DNA of 64,000 bases from Vicugna vicugna (taxonomy: Eukaryota): assembly GCA_013265495.1 (NCBI GenBank), contig MU057713.1:4757-68756 (forward strand). Direction: 5' to 3'. Under the pieces are notes generated by a model. That model saw only the letters and a program-made list of their open reading frames with translations. It searched no databases and had not been told where the DNA came from. The position numbers and the translations under genes are program-made. Numbering within the stretch: position 1 is the first letter of the stretch; each line of letters begins with the position of its first letter. Positions 53,085 to 64,000 of the stretch are shown here, piece by piece.

Positions 53085-53374
53085 ATTATGGTCTGAATGT
53101 TTGTGTTTCCGCAAAACTCAAATGTTGAAAACCTAGTGCACAAGGTGATGGTATGAAGAGTTAGGCCCTTTGGAAGATGATTAGGTTTAACACTTTATTG
53201 TAAGAGAGACCCCTGAGAGCTAGTCCACTCCTTCTGCAATGTGAGGACACCACATGAAGTCTGAACCCTGATCCCAGACTTCCAACCTCCAGAACTGTAA
53301 GAAATACATTTCTGCGGTTTATAGGCCACCTGGTCTCTGGTATTTCATTCTTGCAGCTCAAATGGACGGAGACA
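53085..53374 (+). mobile_element. MaLR LTR (MLT1A-like)
   Basis: tattatggtctgaatgtttgtgtt...cagacttccaacctccagaactgtaagaaatacatttc...gcagctcaaatggacggagaca. Confidence 0.85.
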
Positions 53375-53769
53375 TGCAAAAGAAAAAAATATGTGATTTG
53401 AAAAATGATTTCACCTCTCTATGCCTCAGCTTCTCATCTGTAAAATGGGAATTCTTTTATCATCTGCCCTAAAGGGTAATAATAAGGATCAACTGAATCC
53501 ACATTCACAATGATGCTTATATATGATAAAAAGAAAATATTAGCTATAATTACTATGGAGACTTTACTGAAACCCTGGAATCTATTTATATACAATGCAG
53601 GTATCTAAGAAAGAAACACTGACTTTGAGAGACTCCAAGAATAATAAAGTCCTACCTTGCCATTTACAAAAGAGAAACTGATGGTTAGAAAACATACTCC
53701 TTATTCAAGATCCCAGATTAGTACTCAGCTTCTTAATTTTAGTTCAGTGCCACTTCCATTACCTACCCC

Positions 53770-54490
53770 CCCACATCTCTGTGCTCGCTGAATTTCTCTA
53801 ATTCTGCCTCTCGTGCACACCCTTAATTTCTCACCCTCCTCCACCACTTCACTTTGTCTTAGCTTAGGCATCCTTAGCACCTTTTCCTGGAGTAATCAGG
53901 AGGGTCCCTATGTGCTAGGTTGTTCCTTTATGCACGTATAAACACACACGTTCTGCCACTGCAGATCTTTCTAAAATTAAGCCTACAGTATACAAGCATC
54001 GTTGGCTTTTCATTTTTCATAGGATAAATTCCAATTCTGGGGCATAGCACAAGCGTCTTGCTAACTCTGATTTCTCCAGCCTTATTTTCCTGGGCACTTT
54101 TGCTACACCCTACACGGAAGTTATAGAAACTATTTTCATAATCTTATTATGTCTTTGGTTCTCACCTTGCACTCTTTCTTGAATGATGGCCCCACCTTGT
54201 ACCCCCAGGAAGCACCTGCCCCATCTTCAAGTTCGCCCACTCAATGAAGCTGGTAATCAGGCCCTCGGGTGGCCTGGTCTGCTCTGCCCTCTGATTAACG
54301 TTTTCTCACTTATTTTGCCACACCAGTAACAGTTTTCTATATTTACTTTTTGTATCTCTCTTCCCCTCTGCTAAATTGCGAGGCCCGAATTCATGATTAT
54401 TCATCTCTGAATCTCCAGCTTGAGGCACAGTTTGAGATCCATAATAGAAAAATCAATATGCTTGATGAATAAATGAATAAATAAATGGCT
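53770..54490 (+). mobile_element. L2 LINE 3' remnant
   Basis: Ends with an L2-type tail ...atctctgaatctccagcttgaggcacag...tgcttgatgaataaatgaataaataaatgg. Confidence 0.65.
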
Positions 54491-57127
54491 TACTACAAGA
54501 GTTCTCAAGAGACGGGGGAAAACCGTACATTTAATCATTTTTCCAAGTCCAGGCTTAGATGAACTTCCTAGAATTGTAAAAACATTTGACCTTGCTATTT
54601 TGTGGATATGCGTATACGTGCGCTTAATTTGTTCTATGGGAGAACCCAGCAGAGTTTCAGGAGGAGAGACACACTCAATAAGCTCTGAACTGGGAGGTCA
54701 GAAGCCCTCAATTCTATTCCCAGTACTACCTCAGTTTGACTATTTTATCTTAGGTAAACTGGCTAATGTCTCTAAGTCACAATTTATTATCCGTAAAATA
54801 AGGAAATTGTCCACATATGATTGTAGGATATTTAATATCATATAGTAAAGAAAAAATGTAATGGTGGCCAAAAATATTTTAACTAGTGCCATTTGTAAAT
54901 AAAAGGAGAAATTTCCAACATAATCACTGAAAGTCTGTTTATCAGAGAAGCTGTGTAACAGTGTACTCTGACTCAGGAGGGCTTGACTTTGGTCCCAGAT
55001 TGGTCGAGACAATTCTTTGAAAAATGATTTTACTTATTTAGGCTTCAGTTTCCTCAACTGCAAAATTAGAAGGATCTCTAAGTTTCTTTTCCACTCTAAA
55101 AGATATATGATATGCTATGTACAAATCTGGATAGATCGAGACACTCAAGTCATTCAGTTTTAGGAAATGATTATCCTCCAAGAGAGGGATGAACTTCTAT
55201 TTCCTACGTATAATTTTGCAGATTCGTAATTCCACACCCTTTACTATATTAAGAGGTATTCTACATCTGAGGTATTTTCTGAAGCCAGCAAGATACCTAT
55301 AAACAGAAGAAATCAGTATTATTCAAGAATGAACAAAATCTTCACTTTCCAACAAAATCTCTTCTCACACATGAAAGGCTTGCCTTGTTCCCAGTGATTG
55401 ACATGAAAAACAAATTTAGGTTATCTTTTCTCAACACTTCAGCAATTTCAATATGGAACATCCAGGTTCTGAGTGTCACTCTAGATCAAAAGGATATAAA
55501 TCCTAAGTCAAATTATTAAGGAAGACTAGGTAAAGCTTTTTTTAGTTTTTGGATGCTAGTAGCTTTTTGAGAAATCATATTCTATACTGCTCATCCCCTG
55601 GGTAAGAATTCTATACTGTCATATCAATTAAGCTTTTTGGTTTATTGATAGCTTCTGAAAATGTCCTCTTAAAAATGTGTTTAGAATTCACTTATGATAT
55701 GAAATTCAAACTAGAATAGAGAAGCAGCAAAGTGTAGTGGAAGGGTCGTTGGTCGTTGAGTTGGAAAAATCTGTACCCTTAACTGCCCTCCACGACTAAG
55801 CAACCATGAGTTCTCTGCCACCTCGTTCGTGCACTGAAGATTCATCCACCAGTGACTGCATGCCAGGCACTGAGCTGTCCCCTAAGAATATGAAGCTGGA
55901 GGGAAAACTGTCCCTGCTTTCAAGGAGCTTAAAAGGCAGTAGGGGGAGAGAGCCACGTACACAGTTTAAGTCATAACGGGGCCATGGCACACACGGCCAC
56001 AGAATATACTAAGATAATGAAAGGAACCAACTCCACCCAGCCAGTGGCACGTGTGAAAAGGGAGACAGGAAATAATTTGCAAAGAAGATGATGTTCAATC
56101 TGAATTTTGCGAGAACATCTGAAAGCTTGCCAACTCACAGCAGCAACACCGAACTCGCTTAGTTTCCTGGTCTAGACAAGATGGTCTCTAAGTGTCCTCT
56201 AGTTTAAAATTGATCTCATTTTATCAACATCTTTAATAACAACATTAAAAAGGTATATATTTCCATGTTGTTTATATGTGTGTATATTTAACCATAGTAC
56301 ATATATCTATCCAAAACTTTATATGGGTATATTTCTAAAACACTTATCTTGCTGCTTTAAGCATTTATCCCCTAAACATCACTTAACTTTTCAGTATTCA
56401 TCTTGGCCACGATTATAAGCATCCAGCCCTCGCATGTGTTGGAAGCATAGCTTCACACTGATGCAAAAAAAATCCCAAGACACAGTATGAAATGTAGCAG
56501 TAAGTGAATGCTAACCAAGCGGCGTCCCAGGAATTTGGTATTGTTGAAAAGCTCCCTGGTGTTAGCTTGTTCTTTTGATAATGTGCCTTTTTCTCCTAAA
56601 AGGGAAGTGAGCATGTTTAGTAAGAGGCCCTCCTGGGCAGTGGAAAACGGACACCACCCAGCAAAACTAATTAATGAATCAGAGCCGAAAGCAGCCTTCT
56701 GCTGGGAGGCAGCAGGGCATCTGGTGGTTTCAGGCAGAAATCAGACAGATGCCGGCTTTTCCACAGCGGTGACTTGCTGGGTGACTTTGAGCAAGTTTCT
56801 TACACTCAAGCTTCAGTTTCCTCATCTGCAAAACAGGAATAATAAACGTACTTCACACGATTATTGGGAAGATTAAATAAAAGCAAGCAGGCAGAGCTCC
56901 AGGCACCGAGTCCAGCACAGAGACAGAGCTCAGTGGCTCCTGGCCACTCTTACCGTCGCCACTGTTACAAGTGCAGGGGCTCCCTGCATCCTTGTGAGAA
57001 CATTCCTCAGGGTGAGAGGCAGGACCGGCAGCCATGGTTTGAAGTGAAACTGATTTATGGATCTAGTCCTCAGCAAGTTACCCTCTTATCTAAGAGTCAG
57101 CAGACAGGGTAAATAATTGCATGGCAC

Positions 57128-57326
57128 ACTTGGCCCTTGAACAACACGGGTTGGAACCATGCGGGTCCATTTGCACACAGATGTTTTTCAACAGTAAATA
57201 CCACAGTATGGCACCACCTGTGGTTGGCTGAATTTGCAGAAGCAGAATCCTGGATGCGGAGGAACCACGTGTGGGGAGGACGGGCTAGATGCCCCCAACC
57301 GCTGCGTTGTTCAAGGGTCCACTGTA
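57128..57326 (-). mobile_element. TcMar-Tigger MITE (MER8-like), followed by a MIR (~57327-57560)
   Basis: Terminal inverted repeats cacttggcccttgaacaacacggg / gcgttgttcaagggtccactgta. Confidence 0.8.
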
Positions 57327-58834
57327 GTCGAGAGCGCAAACTCCAGAGCCAGGCTACTCGGAGTCGAGTCCCAGTGCTGCTGTTTACTTGCTGCGTGACC
57401 TTTGACAGATTCCTTCATGTCTCTACGTCTCCATTTCCCCACCTGCGAAATTAAAACTCCTGGTACCTGCCTCACAGCACTGTTTAAGGACTTATCTAAC
57501 GAATCCGTAGAAAGCACCTGCCGCGGTGTCTAACCGTGGTAAGTATTCTGTAGATGTGTCCTATGGAGAGAAACGCATTTTGCTTGAGACCGCTGCAGAA
57601 GCAGGAGGGGGCGTCAAGGATGACGAGCAAGGGGGGGGGGCTGGCGGCAACTGCTCACCTCGGTGGGAGCAGCATTCTCACGAAGCCCTCCTGAGGGAAA
57701 GGACGACAGAGAGCTCGCTCCCCCAGGTCCCACGTACCCGGACTGGAAAGCTGACCTGTCGCGCATGACCCAGCTCAGGTTCCTTCACTCCAGAGTCTCA
57801 GGAGGATCAATCATGAAATGGGAATCGAACTGTCCACCTCATAAAACTGCTGTGGGATGCAATGCAGTCCTGAATGCAAAGCGGTTATACCTCTGTACTT
57901 CGGGGGATTTTTTAAAGGCTCAACCTAAGGGTTAACCACCAAAACTGTTCTGCTACCAAACTCTTGAGCTTTACTCCTCATTACTCATACTCCCTGTGCT
58001 GACCTCCAGGCCTCTCACCAGGACTCTGCGCGAGAGCCTCACAGCGCCCCGTGAACATTTACCGGCAGACGTTTGCCGCCATCCTTGCCTTCGACTTTTA
58101 GATCCAACCCTGCACCTCCCGCTTTCATTCTCATTCCCTCTCAGGCACGACTTCAATCATTCATTCATTTAATATCTACTAAACGCCTGTTGTGCACTAA
58201 ACACAAGGAGGCCAAAGTCCCTGCCTTGGTGGACAAGACAAACTGTGACACAGCTGGGAGTCAGCAGGGTGGGCTGACTCGGGACACGGGCTGTGGAGTC
58301 AGATCAGCCCGGCCCTCTTGCTTGCTAGCTGTGTCTTGAGTAAATTATGTAGTCGTTCTATGATTCAGTTTCTGCTTTTGGAAAATATAAACAGCAATGT
58401 CCACCTGTAGCTCGAAGAATAACGCTCCTCCATCACAATTCACCCCCTGCTGCCTCTGGGACTTCACTATAGACCAAAAGGGAAAAATAATCATTGTACC
58501 AGTTACCCTTTGCTTATAGAGGCCGATGAAAGAGGGTAATTTGCTGTAAAATGCGATCTCTTAAAAAGCAAAAAAAAAAAAAAAAGTTTTCAAAGCTTTG
58601 GCTGATATTTCTTTAAGTAAAAGATCACCACCACATCTCTGTTTTTTTGAAAACACAAAGCAGTGGGCCCCCCTTGGAGAAGGAACTGTGCTTGGCATCA
58701 TAATACAAAGCTCTGTGTTCACGGTGGGCAAGTATCTTTGTGTGTTATGTTGTATTTAAGGAAACATTTTTCTTATTCAATTATGCTTGAAAGGTAGTCT
58801 GCCTGAGAAGTACAATTTTTCCTTGGAGCTAGTG

Positions 58835-58856
58835 GTGTGTGTGTGTGTGTGTGTGT
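58835..58856. repeat. (GT)11 microsatellite
   Basis: Direct reading. Confidence 0.95.
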
Positions 58857-59974
58857 AAAACACAGAATATGAGAAAGTTGAATCTGAAAACTGCACTTGT
58901 GAGAGCGCGGCAGAATCAGGACGTGTACCTCCACTGCACACTGGTGCACGGGTGGAGGACCCTCAGAGGAATCAGTGTTTGGAGTGACAGAGTTCAAGCG
59001 ACCATATAATTTATTATCCAGATCAGAGGGCACTGGAGAGTAAAGGCGTTTGCTATGAATGATTACGCTGGAAATCATAGGTGTTACCTGGAGCCGTCTG
59101 GGTGCCGACGGGAACACAGCAGCACAGCCAGCGCGCCCCCGGGAACTGCTCTGCTAGCGCCCACCCTTGCTGACACCGCTCTTACTCTGGGCTAAGCACC
59201 AGGGCTTTAGAAAATGTGCGGCTGTGGATTATATGTCCTCCGAACGCGCACGGTGGGGATGAGGAGAGACTAGAATCAGTTGGTAGGGAGCAGGCTTCCC
59301 TCCATGGGGACAGGGATTTTTCACTCTGAAGACTCAGCCATTTTCCTTTCTCTGAAAAGCCTGTGCTGGGCTGGAGGCTCGCCGGGTGCCGTCTCGTGGT
59401 TTCCTCTCATCTCCTCTCACTCCCAGAAAGCAAGGCTACTGCATCTATGGTGTCTTTGCAGGGAGCCTGTTCTTTTCCTTTGTTTTGCCCCTATAAATAT
59501 TAATACTCGATGTGATGACATCTCTATTAACAAAGAGAATGCTGCCCAGACTCTATTGATTTTAAGCAAAACCGTACAGAGGTGTAAATAATTTTGTGTG
59601 AGAGCTGTGTTTGAGGACCTCAGACAAAGACAGTTACAATATGAAAAGTCTTGAAATGCCCTCAAAAACCATGTCAAATATCCCAGAACGTAATGTATGT
59701 GATTCCAAGGCACAGGGCACGTGGAAGAGATGGCCGAGCTCAGATTAAAATCAGAAGAGAAGGCCCTCAAGGTACTGAGAAAGGATAAATGCCAACAGGA
59801 GTATCAGTGCTCAGGCAGGAGAGGCATCGCAGATAAAGACATCAGTCATGCAGGTGAACTTCGATCAAATTCACGGAGAGCCAGAAACCTTCCTCACGTT
59901 CTTCAGCAACTGGAGAATGTGGAGGTGAGGTTAGAGAGGGAAAGAACGTGTTGTGGAAAGTGGATGACAAGAGG

Positions 59975-60469
59975 GCCTCAAGCTCCCCTCAGATTGACTA
60001 GACTTGAGACAGGCTTTTTGCAGACTCTAGTCCCGGACTTTTCTTATTGCATTTACCATTGCAAATTAGCAATTGTTAATTCTTCCTCCGCCCCTTTGAG
60101 ATGTAAATCTTCTCCCAGCCTCCTGCCTGTTTCACAACCCAGGAAATGTCTTTCTCAAGGACCCTGAAGCCATCCCTTTGAAATAAAATCATCAAGGAAG
60201 CTAGAGCCTGCGTCCCAGTCTCAGTGGGAGGGCAGAGCCGAACTTTGATCTGCACCAATTAGCAGACGTGATGCCCACAGATAATCGCGCCGGCCAGTCT
60301 CCTCTCACTGTCCTCGGTCCTTTTCCTGTAACTCACCCTGCACTCCCAGAGTTTCAGGGTCCTCCTGCCTTTGCATGCAGCGGAGTTCAGTCTCTCCCCT
60401 AGGCAGCAATCTTGAATGAAGCCTCCCCTACCCCTCTTAACGAGTGTCCCACACAATTTCTCTTTCACA
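59975..60469 (+). mobile_element. ERV1 LTR (MER34-like); left boundary uncertain
   Basis: tgagatgtaaatcttctcccagcctc...acaacccaggaaatgtctttctcaaggacc...gccatccctttgaaat...ctttcaca. Confidence 0.7.
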
Positions 60470-61133
60470 GGGGCTTACCGTGGAGCATCTCCTTAGGTAC
60501 TGAGAACACAAGGTCTAAATCAAATTTGCTTGACTAGGACAACTGCGATTTCAGAGGCTCCCAAAGGCCTCCTCCTACCTTGCTCTCCAAAAACAGTCCC
60601 CTCGCCAGCCTGCAAGGGAAACGAAGTTTTTCTAGCCAGGAATAGGCCTCTCCTCCAATCAGAGATAAAAAGTCTGACTGCGGTGATGCTTCAGGGCAAA
60701 GGCATTTCAGCCAATCAGTAGGTATAAATGGGTCATCATGAGATCATTTCCTGTTTGGACTGAGGAGCAGGAAGTGTCAGAGGAACAGAAGGACAAAGGT
60801 GGAGGGGGTGCGGCGGGGAGGGGGCATGTGGAGGAGGAAAAAAGTCAGAAAAACAAGAGTAGACAAATTTCACAAGATTTAAGTTTTGCCTGAGCCTGCC
60901 TCATCTACCTCCAACTGGGATGGGATAAAAAGAAGTTGGGGGCTGAGGTATTTCTGTCATGCAGCTGCAAACACAGGCAGCCACGCTCGGCTTGATTAAT
61001 GAAGATGTTCAGGGTTTGTTTTATTAAACATTTCCGATTTCTTATAAAGTAGCTTAGATTTTAGAATATCACTGTACTTGAAATCTGACATTGTTTTTCC
61101 ACTTTTCTTTCTAAGGCAAGCATCCATCAAGTC

Positions 61134-61136
<3 letters not shown>

Positions 61137-61164
<28 letters not shown>
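61137..61164. repeat. (GT)14 microsatellite
   Basis: Direct reading. Confidence 0.95.
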
Positions 61165-61166
<2 letters not shown>

Positions 61167-61358
61167 ACACCTCCTCAGGCAAAGCAAAAACTACCAATCC
61201 CCCCCATTACAAATACTATTTTGGAAAAAAAAAAGCCCTCAGTGATAAAAGTGTTAGAAATAAATCATAAACATATTATCTTAAAGTTGTTAATGAAACT
61301 TATGAGAAAAACCTTGTAACACAATTATACATTGTTACAAAAATTTTTTCTAAATAAC

Positions 61359-61864
61359 TGCTAACTAAAAATTGGCACTTGCCATCTGCCTCTACAAGGA
61401 CTGGATCACACTGACACTCGCCATCTAACTCTGCTTGGATTAAATCGCGAGCCACTACAGCTGCTGACCTCCAACACTCCCTGAAAGGAGTTCAGGATGG
61501 AGGTCAGGAACCAGGCCCTCTGTGCTCTGGGAAAACCGGCTGAACAGGCTTTCAGATAGTTAGATATTCTCAGGAGATTGTATGACCCCAATTCTTGTGT
61601 CTTCTCATATCTAGAAAAGCACTAAAATCATCAACGGTGACATCTGGTCCTCATGACTAGCGGCGAGCCTCTGCCTAAGTGTGTGCCTGCCTGCACGTCC
61701 CCCGTTCACCGAAATCATACGTAATACTGAGTTTTCTCCCTTCCTCTTTGGAACAGTTTCTCAGAACCATCTGAGATGCTGTCTCCTGGGCTATAGTCCT
61801 CATTTTGCCCCAGATAAAACTCAACCCACAACTCTCATGTTGTGTGATTTTATTTCAGTCGACA
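61359..61864 (+). mobile_element. ERV1-class solo LTR, 506 bp (cetartiodactyl MER41-like)
   Basis: TG...CA termini (tgctaact...agtcgaca) with 4-bp TSD TAAC at 61355-61358 and 61865-61868. Family name is from remembered similarity only. Confidence 0.8.
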
Positions 61865-63819
61865 TAACCTACAACAACGAAATAATTGAGCTAAAATAAC
61901 AATAGTTACAATTAAAAATCAAGAAGAGCAGCAATTTTACTTTTTCTTGGGAACAGTCGCTAATAAAAGAAGTAGCAGAAACTGATGAGATTTCATGTCA
62001 CTCACCAACCAATGAAGCTCACAAAATTCTTGTACATGTTTGGATTTTTTCTTTACCTCCTGAACTCGAGTCTCCCTTAGGAAACAGTGGGGATTAGGGC
62101 CCGGAGGGATCCTGTGATACACATGGTGGTATAAATGACCACTAAAAAGTCGATATTCCCATGTAAATATTTGAGCCCAAAGGTACAAGCTTAAAACTCT
62201 AAAAAAAAAAAAAAAAAGTTAGGTTGCAAAGATTTTTCTCTATCTTTTGCTATTTGATCAGGTTTCAAGTGCTTCTGTAATTCAGGGACTATTTAGAAGA
62301 GGTTTTAACTAAAGTTGACATCTTATATAATGCAGTATTTATGAGCTTAGGTGAGGTAAATACATTTGTTTTCTATTTATTCAAGATGTGTAGCAAAGAC
62401 TTGAAACCTGTTTCCCCTAGGAACATTCCAAAGAGTTCTTTTATTTCCTGATGATGAAGAACACAGCTGACATTTATATATTTTTTTTTCTGGGAGGTTC
62501 CAGAATTTAATCTTAAAGCTTGAGGAAAAGATTTATTCATGGAGAATTTATGCAGAAAATGATTTACGTATTTAGTTCTCAATATACTTTTACATCAAAG
62601 GGTCAATAAGCTGTTTGAAAACCACTTACATAAAACGCTGCCTACAGATCACTAACTACCTGATGGACAGACAGCCCAAGGCAAGAAGTTTGAAGGGTCT
62701 GGAGCCCACAGAAGATCAAATAGAAATACGAAAACAAAGCTATAAAGGGATATCGTAAGGAATACAGAAATTAGTATTCATTTCACATGGAATTGTTGAA
62801 TAATGCTTCCCTATGTTGGCTAAGACAAGTTCACATGAATAGGCTTTGCTCTCCTGTGTCTAATTATCCATGACAGAATCAAGTCTATTTCCAATAATAA
62901 ACTTAAGAGCTTGTGACAATTCCTCTTGTATCCTACCAGTGTACGTAGACAGTTATCAGACTCTATTTTAAGAATTGGCTTGCTCTACTAAGATGAGGAT
63001 TTCTTGAATTTGTAAAAGAGTAGGTATTCAATAAACATTTGTTGAATAGAAATTAATGAACACTAAGGATATGTCAGACAGGAAGCTAACAAAGTCTTCT
63101 TCACTTCCTGTACCAGACACGGTATTACTTACTTCATTAACAGAAAATCATTTCAGCAAAGGGAAGTGGGCAAGAGGATTTACTCTTTAAACTAGTAGAG
63201 CAAGAGGTGGTTAGTACTTTAAATTATTTTAAATTTAATTCATTTGGATTCTTAAGTCCTAAGACAAAATCATCAACAAGACCTCACTAAATACAGAAGA
63301 ATTCAGCACCCTCTATTTAATTTTTTAGAGAAAATTCAATGTTATTAAGAAGGGACAGAAGCATGTCCTTTTAATATTTATGTAGATTAATGTTTCATTT
63401 CAAGGCTTTTATTAATAGTTCATTTAGTCAGAGGAGATCATGATAGTGGTATTTTTACTTAATAATCTAAGACAAACTTTAGATCATGCATAAATGGAAG
63501 AGTAAATGGAAGTCAGAGGCTTATAAAGATAGCATGGCCACTTCATGAAAGCAGTACACTGGTGTCATCAAGGCTTGCTTTCGGGGTCATGCTTTTTCTC
63601 CTTTGAGACTGAAGCCTTTCTGGGAAAGGGAGAGAAAACAGGAGAGAAGGAAAGGTCATAATTTAATTCTTTTGGGGGAGTTTGGAAATAAGCTCACCTT
63701 ATACAGAAAGAAAGGGAAGTGAAGAGGGGAAAGGACATTGAGTAAGGGACCTAAGAGACTGTCTTAGTTAGTGTGGGCTGCTATAACAAAAAGACCATAG
63801 ACAACAAACATTTCTTATT

Positions 63820-64000
63820 CATAAACTGAAAACATGATTTTGATAAACACAGAACAAGCAATTGATAAAAGATATCTATGGAAAACCCACAGTTACCTTG
63901 CAGAATTACGAGTGACTAATATTTTCTCCCTAAAATCAGAAGCAAGACAAAGATGTCCACTCTCACCACTTCTATTAACATTTTACCAAAAGTTCTGAAT
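63820..64000 (+). mobile_element. Old L1 ORF2 fragment running off the window
   Basis: ctaaaatcagaagcaagacaaagatgtccactctcaccacttctattaaca corresponds to the RT-region RQGCPLSPLLFN motif. Confidence 0.75.

Overview
Mammalian genomic DNA, AT-rich, dense in repeats, with two N gaps. A tRNA-derived SINE at ~37452-37575 resembling the camelid vic-1 family suggests a camel, alpaca or llama host. The window holds the 3' part of TAFA2 (FAM19A2), a small secreted neurokine, on the minus strand. Three coding exons are present: 43129-42977 (153 nt), 41861-41737 (125 nt) and a last exon starting at 8703 that encodes only V-T-H-stop after a 33,033-nt intron, followed by a 3' UTR of probably ~2 kb. Spliced, they read (A)[95 protein letters not shown], with all 10 TAFA cysteines. 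I did not find the signal-peptide exon or promoter, which should lie beyond position 64000. The rest is intronic or intergenic: L1 (several with clear target-site duplications, TSDs), L2, MIR, MaLR/ERVL/ERV1 LTRs, Tigger/hAT MITEs and microsatellites. Repeat subfamily names come from remembered consensus sequences and boundaries are approximate unless a TSD is given. I see no wholly new biological system. The best leads are candidate alternative C-termini and 3' ends of TAFA2 within the giant last intron, and an intronic CpG-rich island built from ancient repeats.
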